Assembly: GCA_964230645.1 (NCBI GenBank)
Contig: CAXRHT010000003.1
Coordinates: 384,001 to 448,000 of the forward strand
Source of the DNA: Bdellovibrionales bacterium
Lineage (GTDB): Bacteria; Bdellovibrionota; Bdellovibrionia; Bdellovibrionales; JAGQZY01
DNA: 64,000 bases
Direction: 5' to 3'
Of this stretch, positions 10,249 through 19,825 are shown in pieces; the stretch's first letter is position 1, and each line of letters opens with the position of its first letter. The notes under the pieces are model-generated. The model searched no databases. It saw nothing but the letters and a program-made list of their open reading frames with translations, and was not told the DNA's origin. Both the position numbers and the translations under genes were made by a program.

Positions 10249-10848
10249 TTATAGTTTTTCCGTTTGTAAGTTTAATGAGAGCTGGATGTCGTCATCGATG
10301 ACTTTGTCTTTAGGAATACTAATCGCTTTCTTTAAAAAGCTGGCTTCAGAATTGTATTTCACATCATATTTCGCACGATCAAATTTGATTTCACCTTTGG
10401 CGACCATGGTTTTGCCATTTTTTTCTACGATAACTTCGAAGGTTTCAGGATGAGTTTTACCGCGAATTGTGAGGTTACCGGTCACCGTGTAAACATTGCT
10501 ACGTCCAGGCTCTACTTTTGTAATCTTGTAGCTGGCCTCTTTGTGCTCTTTTGTGTTGAAGAAGTCGTCAGACTCTAAGTGTCCCTCGAGCTTCTTTTTC
10601 CATTTGCCGGAAAGATCACTGTCTTCAATGCTTGTCATATCGATCACAAGAGAGCCACCGACTAATTTATTATCTTTATCGAGCTTCACCGTCCCTTTTT
10701 TGATTTTGACAGTGCCTGTATGGGAGTCGTCACCCACTATTTTCTTTCCTGTCCACTTAATTTTGCTCGCATCAGTGTCAATAGGCACCTGTTTAGCGGA
10801 AGCAAAGTGAAAGGTTGCCATTAAAATCAGAATCAGACTCAGTCTCAT
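10249..10848 (-). CDS. yceI: YceI family lipid/polyisoprenoid-binding protein
   Basis: Signal peptide; IDMTSI, HLESDDFF, GNLTIRG and FDRAKY motifs; AAGGAGG RBS. Confidence 0.9.
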   Translation of the reverse strand: MRLSLILILMATFHFASAKQVPIDTDASKIKWTGKKIVGDDSHTGTVKIKKGTVKLDKDNKLVGGSLVIDMTSIEDSDLSGKWKKKLEGHLESDDFFNTKEHKEASYKITKVEPGRSNVYTVTGNLTIRGKTHPETFEVIVEKNGKTMVAKGEIKFDRAKYDVKYNSEASFLKKAISIPKDKVIDDDIQLSLNLQTEKL

Positions 10849-11075
10849 AGGTCCTCCTTAAAGGTTGGAAAGCGTCGTCATACTAATCAGAAAGGAAATT
10901 GATAGAAAGCACTTTCCTCGAATGATGTCGCAAGGCGCATGACAGGCTCCGTCTTTAGCCTCCTCTAAAGGCTTAAAATTCTGAAGAGAATCTTCATTGG
11001 ATGGTCGATTTTTTAAACAAGGCGTCCTATAATAGAGGATAGTGAATTGTGCGGATTTTAGGCAGGAGGTCTATA

Positions 11076-13865
11076 GTGTTCAACGGAATGAAATTTGATA
11101 CCTTTACTCTCGATAACGACCTTCAGGTATTAGCTATTAGCGATGAGCGGTTTGTGAAGTCTTCAGCGGCTTTGGCAGTGATGGCTGGAAGCATGCAAAA
11201 CCCTGACGAACATCTTGGTTTGGCTCATTTTCTGGAGCATATGTTATTTTTGGGAACGAAAGAGTATCCTCAAGTGGGTGAGTACGAGGATTTCCTCAAT
11301 AAAAATGGAGGAGGGCACAATGCCTACACTTCCATTGATCACACCAATTATTTTTTCGATATCACTCATCCGAACTTTGAAGGGGCATTAAAACGTTTCT
11401 CACGCTTTTTCGTCTCACCAACCTTTGATGACCAATATGTGGAACGAGAAAAGAACGCTGTACACAGTGAGCATGAGAAAAATCTCAAAGAGGATGGGCG
11501 AAGGGAATATCGTTTTTTACAAATAATGACGGACCCGAATCACCCTTTCTCCAAATTTGCTACTGGTGATAGAGAGACATTAAAAGACGCCAATAGAGAC
11601 GTGGTGATGGATTTTTACAATAATCATTACTCTTCAAACTTGATGCGGCTAGTTCTAATGAGCCCACAAGATACCGACTCTTTGAAAGCTTTGGCAAAAA
11701 AACATTTCTCCGATATTCCTAACAAAAAAATACCCATGCCAACCTATAGCGATAGTCTATTTTCCAATAAGGAAATCCCAAAATTTCACCATGTCGAATC
11801 GGTGAGAGATCGTGATATGTTGAAAATCAGCTTTGATATGCCCGATGATATGCCTTATTGGGAGTCCAAACCCACCCAATTTCTCGCTCATTTGTTAGGC
11901 GAAGAGGGAGAAGGCTCTTTGCTTTCCTATTTGAAAGAAAAAGGCTTAGCTTTAGGACTAGAGACTTCGACCTGGTGGAGAATGTTTCATATTAAAGTTC
12001 AACTGACCGATCACGGAAAAGAGGAGTACGAGGAAGTTATTAAATCTTGTTTTTCTTATATTCAATTGCTCAAAAAAGAGGGACTCAAGGAGTATGTTTT
12101 CAGAGAAAGACAAAAATTGGCTGATATTGAATTAAAGTACATTGAGCCCAAGAGCTCCATGGGAAGAGCCAGTCAGTACAGTGCTTCCATGCTTTACTTT
12201 CCGGTCGAAAGCTTTTTAAGTCATTACTACCTTTATCATAAATATTCCCAGGAGGACTTTAAGAATTTCCTTTCTCATTTGCATGTGGAAAATATGCAGG
12301 TCTCCCTTTTTACCAAGGAATCCATTGGTGATCAGTTGGAGCCCTTTTATGGAATAGGATTTCGTTCTAAAGACTTTGCGCCCGAATTTATCGAGGATCT
12401 AAAAAACGACAAAGTGATTGAGGGGCTTAAGTATCCAGAAGCCAATCCCTTCGTGCCCACGGATTTAGATTTGATTAGTGATCCGGTCATTGGTGAGCCC
12501 AAAAGTGAAGTCTACAAGAAATTTTCCACCATTTTCTCACAGGTGGATACGGATCTTAAAATACCCAAAGGTTCAATTTCCCTTTCCTTTGTTTCCGATG
12601 CCATAAAAGGAGATCCTAAAAAGTATTTGATGGCTAAGTTTTTTGTAAAACTGAAAAGAGAAGAGCTTAATGAGTGGGGTTATCCGGCAAGGCTTGCTGG
12701 TTTTAATTTTAATGTATCACATGGCTATAACACGATCACCTTGGATGTGAATGGCTTCTCTCAACATCTTACAAAACTTCTTAAACTTCTCATTGAAGAC
12801 AAAGAAAACAAAAGAAGTATCAATCACGTTGAAGTGAGCGAAAAAACTTTTGCTAGTATAAAGAAAAAAGTTCGTAAATCTCTTGAAAATAGAGAGTACG
12901 ATGCGGCTTACCAGCAACTACTTTCAGAGAATAGTTATCTATTTTCCTCGGCTTCTGTGCATCACTCTAAATATGTTGATCTAATTGATGACCTGACTAT
13001 GGAGGAGATCAACCAATTTGCTAAAGAGTTTTTCAGTCGTGTGGCCGTAAGAGCCTTCACCTATGGAAACATTGAGGGCGATGAGGTTAAGCCAGCCATT
13101 GACGATTTTTTTGAACGCTTCAAAGCTCAAGGTCTCACCGAAAAAGATGTGGAGGAGTTTGAAAATAAATTTCCTGAAATTCCCGCTGGCAAGCATCTGA
13201 TTCAGTACACCGGTCAGAACAACAACAATGCCCAGCTGAGCTTTTATAAAGGAACGGAATGGAATTTAGAGAACCAGGCACAAATTGATGTTCTTTCAAA
13301 AATAATAGAGCAGCCTTATTTCACTGAGTTACGTACCAATCAACAGCTTGGCTATGTCGTAGCCGCCTTTGGTTCCTCAAGTCATGGTTTTTGTGGGCTG
13401 GGTTGTTTGATTCAATCGCAAACCCATTCAGCCGATGATATTTATAGTCGGTCTCATGATTTTTTGAGTGAATTTATGACGACTGTGAAGGAAAAGGTCA
13501 CAGATCAAGATGTTGAGATGATCAAGCACTCGATCATCTCTGAAATAAAGCAAACCCCGAATTCCATGGGAGAGCGTTTATCGCGATTTACGCTCATGGC
13601 TGGGACCTATCATGGAGACTTCGAGTTTTTTAATAAAATGGCTCATCGGGTGCAGCAAGTGACGGCTCAAAGTTTGATTGCATTTATAGAAAAGAACCTG
13701 GATTTTTCAAAGAATGATATTACCTCTTTGGTTCTCTTTTTTAACGGGATGAATAAGCTGGACAAGAAAATTCCAGAAGGGCTCACGCTTATTGAGGATC
13801 CTCAGACTTTTGTGGCGGGGCTTCCCAAAATTCAACCCTACAAACATTGTGATCAACTAACGTAA
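11076..13865 (+). CDS. M16A insulinase/pitrilysin-family zinc metallopeptidase
   Basis: GLAHFLEHMLFLG (HxxEH), NAYTS, LRTNQQLGY; GGAGG RBS supports GTG at 11076; no signal peptide. Confidence 0.92.
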   Translation: MFNGMKFDTFTLDNDLQVLAISDERFVKSSAALAVMAGSMQNPDEHLGLAHFLEHMLFLGTKEYPQVGEYEDFLNKNGGGHNAYTSIDHTNYFFDITHPNFEGALKRFSRFFVSPTFDDQYVEREKNAVHSEHEKNLKEDGRREYRFLQIMTDPNHPFSKFATGDRETLKDANRDVVMDFYNNHYSSNLMRLVLMSPQDTDSLKALAKKHFSDIPNKKIPMPTYSDSLFSNKEIPKFHHVESVRDRDMLKISFDMPDDMPYWESKPTQFLAHLLGEEGEGSLLSYLKEKGLALGLETSTWWRMFHIKVQLTDHGKEEYEEVIKSCFSYIQLLKKEGLKEYVFRERQKLADIELKYIEPKSSMGRASQYSASMLYFPVESFLSHYYLYHKYSQEDFKNFLSHLHVENMQVSLFTKESIGDQLEPFYGIGFRSKDFAPEFIEDLKNDKVIEGLKYPEANPFVPTDLDLISDPVIGEPKSEVYKKFSTIFSQVDTDLKIPKGSISLSFVSDAIKGDPKKYLMAKFFVKLKREELNEWGYPARLAGFNFNVSHGYNTITLDVNGFSQHLTKLLKLLIEDKENKRSINHVEVSEKTFASIKKKVRKSLENREYDAAYQQLLSENSYLFSSASVHHSKYVDLIDDLTMEEINQFAKEFFSRVAVRAFTYGNIEGDEVKPAIDDFFERFKAQGLTEKDVEEFENKFPEIPAGKHLIQYTGQNNNNAQLSFYKGTEWNLENQAQIDVLSKIIEQPYFTELRTNQQLGYVVAAFGSSSHGFCGLGCLIQSQTHSADDIYSRSHDFLSEFMTTVKEKVTDQDVEMIKHSIISEIKQTPNSMGERLSRFTLMAGTYHGDFEFFNKMAHRVQQVTAQSLIAFIEKNLDFSKNDITSLVLFFNGMNKLDKKIPEGLTLIEDPQTFVAGLPKIQPYKHCDQLT

Positions 13866-13877
13866 AAAAACGCTCAA

Positions 13878-13905
13878 AAGGCCCTAGACCTATGTCTAGA
13901 GCCTT
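13878..13905. terminator. Hairpin between convergent genes, possible terminator
   Basis: AAGGC-C-CTAGAC-ctat-GTCTAG-A-GCCTT stem just after the M16 stop. Confidence 0.4.
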
Positions 13906-13916
13906 ATTTCATATTC

Positions 13917-13986
13917 TGTGGAAAACTCTGTAGATAAGCCCAGATAATGGGGATAAATTACTTTTTCTAATGTGAACTTATCTACA
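13917..13986. promoter_or_regulatory. Cluster of DnaA-box-like 9-mers
   Basis: TGTGGAAAA (13917), TGTAGATAA (13929), TGGGGATAA (13948) and TTATCTACA (13978), each 8/9 to TTATCCACA or its reverse complement. Confidence 0.6.
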
Positions 13987-14115
13987 CATTTTGAGGTAAG
14001 TTTTATTTTTAACCTAGAAAAACAGAGACTTAGTTAAGAATGAGAGTTGACCCTGTTCTGAAATGTATTGTCGCGCTTACATTAAATAAAATTAATTGAT
14101 TATAAAGAGAACTCT

Positions 14116-14523
14116 TTATTTTTTTTGAATACTAAAACCGACTTTTTTGATTCCAGATCCTTTGATCGTATCGATGATTTCAGTCAAACCACTTAAGGTG
14201 ACATCTTTATCTGCAGTCAGAATCACAGAAGCATCTGCCGATTTCTTGGATTCTATGGCTACTTTTTCCTTTAGCTCAGGAAGACTGACCACTGAGCCAT
14301 CGTAATAAACCTGTCCATCTTTTCTCACCACCACCTCAATGGTTTTAGGAGCTTCTTTGACTTCGCCGGAGGAAGCTTCAGGCAGACTCACATCAATACT
14401 TGGCTTTAAAACTAAGGGAGCCGTTACCATAAAGATAATCAAAACAACCAAAATGATATCGACCAGGGGAACGACGTTTATTTCTGCTATGGGTTCATCA
14501 GAGTCGGGATTGATTCCTGCCAT
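14116..14523 (-). CDS. exbD: ExbD/TolR family protein
   Basis: EINVVPLVDIILVVLIIFMVT TM with conserved Asp, ADKDV motif; ATG at 14523 overlaps the exbB stop (TAATG). Confidence 0.9.
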   Translation of the reverse strand: MAGINPDSDEPIAEINVVPLVDIILVVLIIFMVTAPLVLKPSIDVSLPEASSGEVKEAPKTIEVVVRKDGQVYYDGSVVSLPELKEKVAIESKKSADASVILTADKDVTLSGLTEIIDTIKGSGIKKVGFSIQKK

Positions 14524-15155
14524 TAAGACTTTCCTTTGCTTTTTGCGTAGGCCAAACAAAGCTCTCTTGCTACGTCAATGGATTGTAAGCTCTGGCGAAC
14601 TTGTTTTTGAAAGTAGTTGTAGCCAATGACCGCTGGGATTGCGACAAATAGGCCCACAGCTGTAGCGACAAGGGCATGGGCAATACCAGCCATCACAGCA
14701 TCGTTACCACCACCACCACTGGCAGCGAGATCACTAAAGGCTTTCATAATTCCTAGCACTGTACCCAAAAGACCCACGAAGGGAGCGTTGGATCCCACGG
14801 TAGCGAGAAAGTTTAGGTTTTTCTCAAGTTTTGGTTTTTCAATCATTAAATAGGAATTAAACACTTCCGCTAAACCATCAGCGCCATCCCTTTTGACATG
14901 CCGAAGACCATAATTAAGGGCTCGACCCGGCAGACTGTCTTTATTTTTTGCTAGATCTTCAAGTTCCTCAAGAGTGTGACCTTGTAAAATATCTTGGGCC
15001 TTCATGCGAAAATCAGTATTTTTGTTATAAATACTTCTCAGTGTGATGAATCTTTCGATGATCATTCCAATGCTTAGCACACTAGTTATTAAAAGGAGCC
15101 AAAGTAAGACTTCAGCACTTCCTTGGGATAGGACAAAAAACTTGTCAACGAGCAT
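14523..15155 (-). CDS. exbB: MotA/TolQ/ExbB proton channel protein
   Basis: ATVGSNAPFVGLLGTVLGIM and ALVATAVGLFVAIPA motifs; AGGAG RBS. Confidence 0.9.
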   Translation of the reverse strand: MLVDKFFVLSQGSAEVLLWLLLITSVLSIGMIIERFITLRSIYNKNTDFRMKAQDILQGHTLEELEDLAKNKDSLPGRALNYGLRHVKRDGADGLAEVFNSYLMIEKPKLEKNLNFLATVGSNAPFVGLLGTVLGIMKAFSDLAASGGGGNDAVMAGIAHALVATAVGLFVAIPAVIGYNYFQKQVRQSLQSIDVARELCLAYAKSKGKS

Positions 15156-15244
15156 GGTTTCTCCTGGGAAATTCCGTTATTTGGCAAGGCGCTTGCCTCT
15201 ACCTCTTATTTTATTACAATGGACATACCAGAGGAGGTCAAGAT

Positions 15245-17059
15245 TTGGGAGACTTTCGTCGTCAGTGGGCGATTTTTTTTAATAAGCTGAATCTAGGTCC
15301 TGTCCTATCAACTATGATGTTACTAGGGCTTGTTTCTTGCTCACCATTTGCCTCTAAGAAGCCCTCAGTTATTGTGGTTTTACTAGAGTCTCTGACTGAG
15401 GACGATTACCTTTGCTCTGAGATGAGGTGGACGGAGAATTTACCAGCCTTACAAGAAGAGTGTACCCAGTTTGTTCGGTTCACGCATACTTTTGCCCCTT
15501 CTAATCTTACCCAGCCTAATTTAGCGTCTCTGATGACTGGTAAAGAAATAAGCGAGCATAAAGTCAGGCACAATGGAACCCAAGGGGTTTCAGCGAAGTT
15601 TCAGACTCTAGCTGAGTCCGCTTTGAACCTTAACATGAGAACGGGCTTTTTTTCTGGGGGAGTCCCTCTTTTACCAAAATTTGGGATTCGGCAAGGATTT
15701 GAAAACTATCGGGATGGATTCCAGAACCGTGAAAAAAGTGTCCATGTGCCTTTGCATGAAAACATGATGAGAAGTCTTGAATGGATTGATAAAGAAGTGG
15801 AAAGTGCACCGTTTTTTCTAACTCTATACGCTCCCGATCTACTCTACAAAGACACTATCACTGTTGACAATATGGATGACGAAAGGCCTGTGGGCAGAAA
15901 TTCTAATCTGCAGGAAATTTATGAGTCCATGGATTTTTTTATTGGCGAATTAAAAAAGCGAAAGCTCTGGGAGAATTCTACGGTGATTTTTTTGGGTTTA
16001 GGTGGACGCCGAATATCTACGCGCCCGATCAATCCACTAACAGGACTACAGCTCCATGTGCCTTTGCAAATTAAATTAGCTAAAGGCATTGAGAGTAATA
16101 TTAAATCAATTGTTGGAGAGATGGCGTCTTTTGCGAAAGTGGGTGGGTGGATTGAAAAAATTGTTTTTCATCGTTCGTTTCGAGGCTCTCTCTTGTTCTC
16201 TCCTTCACCAGAAGAAAATTTTATTCCCCAGCAAAATGACTGGAGAAGGTGGCTAGGTCTCTCCAACTGGTCAACCATTGGCCTGAGAAGAAAGCAGTAT
16301 CTTTTTGTCTATAATCCCGAACTTAAAGTTTATGATAGTTTTTCTGACAAAGAGGAACTCGACCCTCTTCTTAATTCCGAAGCACAGAAGGTGGCCAAAA
16401 AATACGAGATCCCTAAGAAGATGAAAGCCTTTTTTCCCTCCCACTGTATGCCAGAACTTGGCGACAAAGATTGTAAAAAGCGAAAAACCCACAGGAAACA
16501 AATCGAAGGAGTCACGCGCCTGGTACGCTGGTCTGGCTTGGTGTTAAAATCAGAAAAGCCTGTGGATGAACTCTCTCAGTGGATCCGTGATGCAAGAAAG
16601 GAAAAAAACAAAATCATCATTAATTGGCTGGCTTACAGAGCTCTTTATCAAAAAAAATGGGGATTTTTACATGAGCTTGGCCAACTAAAAAAGGAGAAAA
16701 CCTGGAGGTATCTTGCTGCGGCCAACTTGAGAGAGGATATCCCAGGCAGACCCGAGGGTTGTTTACTTTATTTTTTTGAAGAGCATAAGAAGATTGATAA
16801 TTTCTACAAACATTGCAAAGACTCAGGTTTGCGTCGTGTGGTCGAGGGACTTCATCAGCTAAAAAACAAGCAAAGCCCCTCCAATGGATTTTGGGCGCAA
16901 GTAAATGAAATTAAAAATAAAAGAAGAGCGAAAATTTTAAATTTGAAAATGCTTTTCGTAAACGACATTGCTCAGCCTTTTGACTACAGCCCGGAACTCT
17001 CGGAGCTTTATTTTTTCCTTCCCGAGAACACCAGTTACCTTAAATATATCCAAATTTAG
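15245..17059 (+). CDS. Alkaline-phosphatase/sulfatase superfamily probable lipoprotein
   Basis: GAGGAGG RBS before TTG; LVSC lipobox; PSVIVVLLESL, SNLTQPNLASLMTG, QGFENY and PFFL motifs; long unrelated C-terminal half. Confidence 0.65.
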   Translation: MGDFRRQWAIFFNKLNLGPVLSTMMLLGLVSCSPFASKKPSVIVVLLESLTEDDYLCSEMRWTENLPALQEECTQFVRFTHTFAPSNLTQPNLASLMTGKEISEHKVRHNGTQGVSAKFQTLAESALNLNMRTGFFSGGVPLLPKFGIRQGFENYRDGFQNREKSVHVPLHENMMRSLEWIDKEVESAPFFLTLYAPDLLYKDTITVDNMDDERPVGRNSNLQEIYESMDFFIGELKKRKLWENSTVIFLGLGGRRISTRPINPLTGLQLHVPLQIKLAKGIESNIKSIVGEMASFAKVGGWIEKIVFHRSFRGSLLFSPSPEENFIPQQNDWRRWLGLSNWSTIGLRRKQYLFVYNPELKVYDSFSDKEELDPLLNSEAQKVAKKYEIPKKMKAFFPSHCMPELGDKDCKKRKTHRKQIEGVTRLVRWSGLVLKSEKPVDELSQWIRDARKEKNKIIINWLAYRALYQKKWGFLHELGQLKKEKTWRYLAAANLREDIPGRPEGCLLYFFEEHKKIDNFYKHCKDSGLRRVVEGLHQLKNKQSPSNGFWAQVNEIKNKRRAKILNLKMLFVNDIAQPFDYSPELSELYFFLPENTSYLKYIQI

Positions 17060-17076
17060 TACTGCTATCTTGCAGA

Positions 17077-17151
17077 GTCCTCCTGAGCATCATCCAGAGT
17101 CATCCTGAGCGAAGCGAAGGATCTAAGGTCTTTCGCTTCGCTCAAGACGAC
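17077..17151. repeat. GTCAT-type palindromic REP-like element, copy 1
   Basis: GTCATCCTGAGCGAAGCGAAGGATCT-a-AGGTCTTTCGCTTCGCTCAAGACGAC at 17099-17151, plus a partial left arm at 17077. Confidence 0.9.
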
Positions 17152-17169
17152 ATGTTTTAGGTCAGAGGC

Positions 17170-17862
17170 TTAAGCCAATTCTAATAAGCCAAGCCAAAAG
17201 GGAACCTCTTGGTTGTCATTGGCTAAAAGGAGCGACAGATCTTCAAGATTAAAAGAGGTCACATCACTTTGGAAAAGCGTATTAGGAAGGTAGGTGCGAC
17301 TGACAAGGGCAATTCTGTCTTTTTTCTTTAAACGTAAGTTTCCAAACTGAATCGGAGGATGTTGTCCAAGCCCGAGCAGTTGATTGGGAAGTGGATCGTT
17401 GACGGACTTCCTTAGAGTTAAAACATTGAGATCAACGGAGTGATGCAAGGGCATGATTCCAAGGCCGTCTCTGTAAATAACTAAAGAGGGCTGGCCACAA
17501 CTAACGAAAATCCATTGCGGCCCTTCTTGAATAGCGGCGAAGATTTCAAAGCCGGCTCGGTACTCCTCTTTATTGTACTCATTAAAGATTTTCTCGCTCG
17601 CCATGATTATGGCCATTCGTAGCACATTTCCCATCTGGTGGAGATTTTCTTTGCGTGCGTAAGGTATGGTCACCTCGGTGTCTTCACCCGCCATGGTAAT
17701 AAAGCTTTTGATGGATTCGCTCACTTTTTCAGCGACGGCCTCATCTCCCCAGGGGGTAATGCAGGTAAGAAGATTCGTGGACTCCTCAAATTCCACCACC
17801 GTTGTCGGACGAAATTTTTTTCCTCCGTAAGACCTTTCTGTGACTTTAATAGGGAAAGCCAT
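17170..17862 (-). CDS. Degenerate PP2C/PPM-fold protein (probable pseudophosphatase)
   Basis: PP2C-like order of elements (VSCGQPSLVIYRDG, QLLGLG, LKKKDRIALVS) but the metal-binding DG/GD/SDG/DN acidic residues are absent. Confidence 0.5.
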   Translation of the reverse strand: MAFPIKVTERSYGGKKFRPTTVVEFEESTNLLTCITPWGDEAVAEKVSESIKSFITMAGEDTEVTIPYARKENLHQMGNVLRMAIIMASEKIFNEYNKEEYRAGFEIFAAIQEGPQWIFVSCGQPSLVIYRDGLGIMPLHHSVDLNVLTLRKSVNDPLPNQLLGLGQHPPIQFGNLRLKKKDRIALVSRTYLPNTLFQSDVTSFNLEDLSLLLANDNQEVPFWLGLLELA

Positions 17863-19825
17863 ACTGCTTCATCTTCCTTCTTGCTTTGATATAGTACTCA
17901 CCATCTTCGATATCTTTTTTAAGAATTTCTTCCCACTTCACCCGACTGGCCTCTAAATTACTAAAACGCTCTTCAATCACACTATCCATATAGATCAATT
18001 TCATTTTATTCTTCAGTTCTTTCTCGGCTTGAAAGAGAAAAGCAGAGATTTTTGGATCATAAGGGTCAACGATTTGTGCTTTTCGGGCCTTTTTGATCGC
18101 TTCTCTTAAGTTCTTTTGGTTGTACTGAGTTTGAGCCTGATCCATTAAAGCTTTCTTTTTTGAGTTAATTTGATACTCAATACTAGAAAGTTTTCTTTTT
18201 GATTTTTTGACTAAGCGGCTGGGGTCAGGAAGTCCTGAGTGGATATGGTTTTCGTAAGCTTCAATGGCCTTGAGCCAGTCTTGTTTTTTATGGAGATTAC
18301 GTGCTCTTTCATAAAGCTCTTCTCCTCGGCGGACTTTATCACGCTGCTCTTGAGCCATTTTTTCACGAACTTCTCGTTCTTCCTTGCGAGCTGTCACCTC
18401 AGTGATCAGTTGGGCGATACGAGGATTATTCGGATCAAGGTCTGAAGCTGGTACAAGGCAAGCCTTAGCTCCATCGATGTCCTCAGAGTCAGAGAATTGC
18501 GCTTCACACTGGGATATATAAGAGTTTACTTTTGCTTCAAGAGCCGCTTGCTCCGCACGTTGCTGCTCGATCAAAGCTCTTTGTCTTTGTACGTCGCGCG
18601 CATTGATACAATACTCTTCCATTTCACGAGACTTTTTATAGACAGGAATGATCGAGTGCAGCTTTTCAATTTGCACAAGGGCTAACTCATAGTTTTTATT
18701 CAAATAGAGTTGATTGGCGAGCTTGTAAGTCTGTTTAACAATTTTCTGTTCGGCTGGTGAGAGTTGAGTGAAAGGGTCAGAATTTTTTGCCTGTTGAGCG
18801 TTGTCTCCAGGCGCAAGTAGAAACTCCTTTGCCACAGCTGAGAAAAGGATAATCACTGCAGCTGCAATCATGATCATCTTTTTCTTTTTTTCTTTGTCCA
18901 CAGGCTTTTTCTCAAGGATTTCTTGGGCGCTGCCATCCCCAGCATCTTCGTCGTCAAGAGAAACCATGGCCACATTCTGATCAAAGAAAACCAAGGGGTT
19001 TTTGTACATATTAAGAGGTATATTGCTGACTTTGCGTTTAAAAGCCTTGTCTCTGAGTTCAAACTGTAAAGAAGTCTGTCCAATGGTAATAATGTCACCA
19101 CTTAATAGGCGAGATTGTTTTTTAGCTTTTAATTTTTGGCCGTTAAGTTCTGTGCCTTGTTGCGATCCAAGGTCGACAACAAAAAAACCTTTATCTGTTT
19201 TTGAAATTTCAAAATGACTTTGAGCCGCCGATGGTTCTTTAATATAGACAGAGGCACTTTCATGTCCCCCGACAACCCATAGGTTTCCTTCAAGACGGAA
19301 GTACTCCGATTTTTTGCCGTTTTGGCCGATAATTTTTATATAAGGAAGGCCTGAAAAACTGTGGATAGAAGTCTTTTCATCATTGCCACCAAAAGTGTCC
19401 GCTTCCTCATCGACATCCTGATCGTCGGAAAGAGAGGGCTCTGGATTTTGTACGGCCATCGCATTCTCGTCTTGGTCTGAAAAATCCGAGTCTTGATCAA
19501 AAGCATCCTCATCGTCTGTTAAAGAGTTGCTTTCTCCACCCTCAAATTTAAATGTATAAGGAGGCAGTGAAAATTGGCCGTTTCCTTCAATGATAAAGTC
19601 TTTGCGGTCCTCGCCATTGATTTGGATCAGTTTAATAGCTGAGAGCACATTCACTCTCCATGTTCCTGGTCCTTCTTCTATCAATTCAAAATGTTGCCTT
19701 GAAATTCCAGGAAGTTTATCAAGCTGAATGTCGCAATTGTCTTTGCGACCCACGGTGTAGGTGCCACCTGGCTTGAGGTCTAATTCGGCAAATTGTTCTT
19801 TGTCTTTATAGGCAAACAGCTTCAT
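17846..19825 (-). CDS. Double FHA-domain membrane protein with C-terminal TPR-like region
   Basis: FHA1 VGRKDNCD...ISRQH; FHA2 DLGSQQGTELNG; acidic linker, single TM, helical repeats; ATG 19825 overlaps the upstream stop (TGATG). Confidence 0.85.
   Translation of the reverse strand: MKLFAYKDKEQFAELDLKPGGTYTVGRKDNCDIQLDKLPGISRQHFELIEEGPGTWRVNVLSAIKLIQINGEDRKDFIIEGNGQFSLPPYTFKFEGGESNSLTDDEDAFDQDSDFSDQDENAMAVQNPEPSLSDDQDVDEEADTFGGNDEKTSIHSFSGLPYIKIIGQNGKKSEYFRLEGNLWVVGGHESASVYIKEPSAAQSHFEISKTDKGFFVVDLGSQQGTELNGQKLKAKKQSRLLSGDIITIGQTSLQFELRDKAFKRKVSNIPLNMYKNPLVFFDQNVAMVSLDDEDAGDGSAQEILEKKPVDKEKKKKMIMIAAAVIILFSAVAKEFLLAPGDNAQQAKNSDPFTQLSPAEQKIVKQTYKLANQLYLNKNYELALVQIEKLHSIIPVYKKSREMEEYCINARDVQRQRALIEQQRAEQAALEAKVNSYISQCEAQFSDSEDIDGAKACLVPASDLDPNNPRIAQLITEVTARKEEREVREKMAQEQRDKVRRGEELYERARNLHKKQDWLKAIEAYENHIHSGLPDPSRLVKKSKRKLSSIEYQINSKKKALMDQAQTQYNQKNLREAIKKARKAQIVDPYDPKISAFLFQAEKELKNKMKLIYMDSVIEERFSNLEASRVKWEEILKKDIEDGEYYIKARRKMKQYGFPY

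Noticed and set aside
13866..14115. Confident oriC or dif call
   Set aside because: No dnaA/dnaN/gidA context, skew cannot be judged from this window and no XerC/XerD dif match was seen; kept only as a DnaA-box cluster
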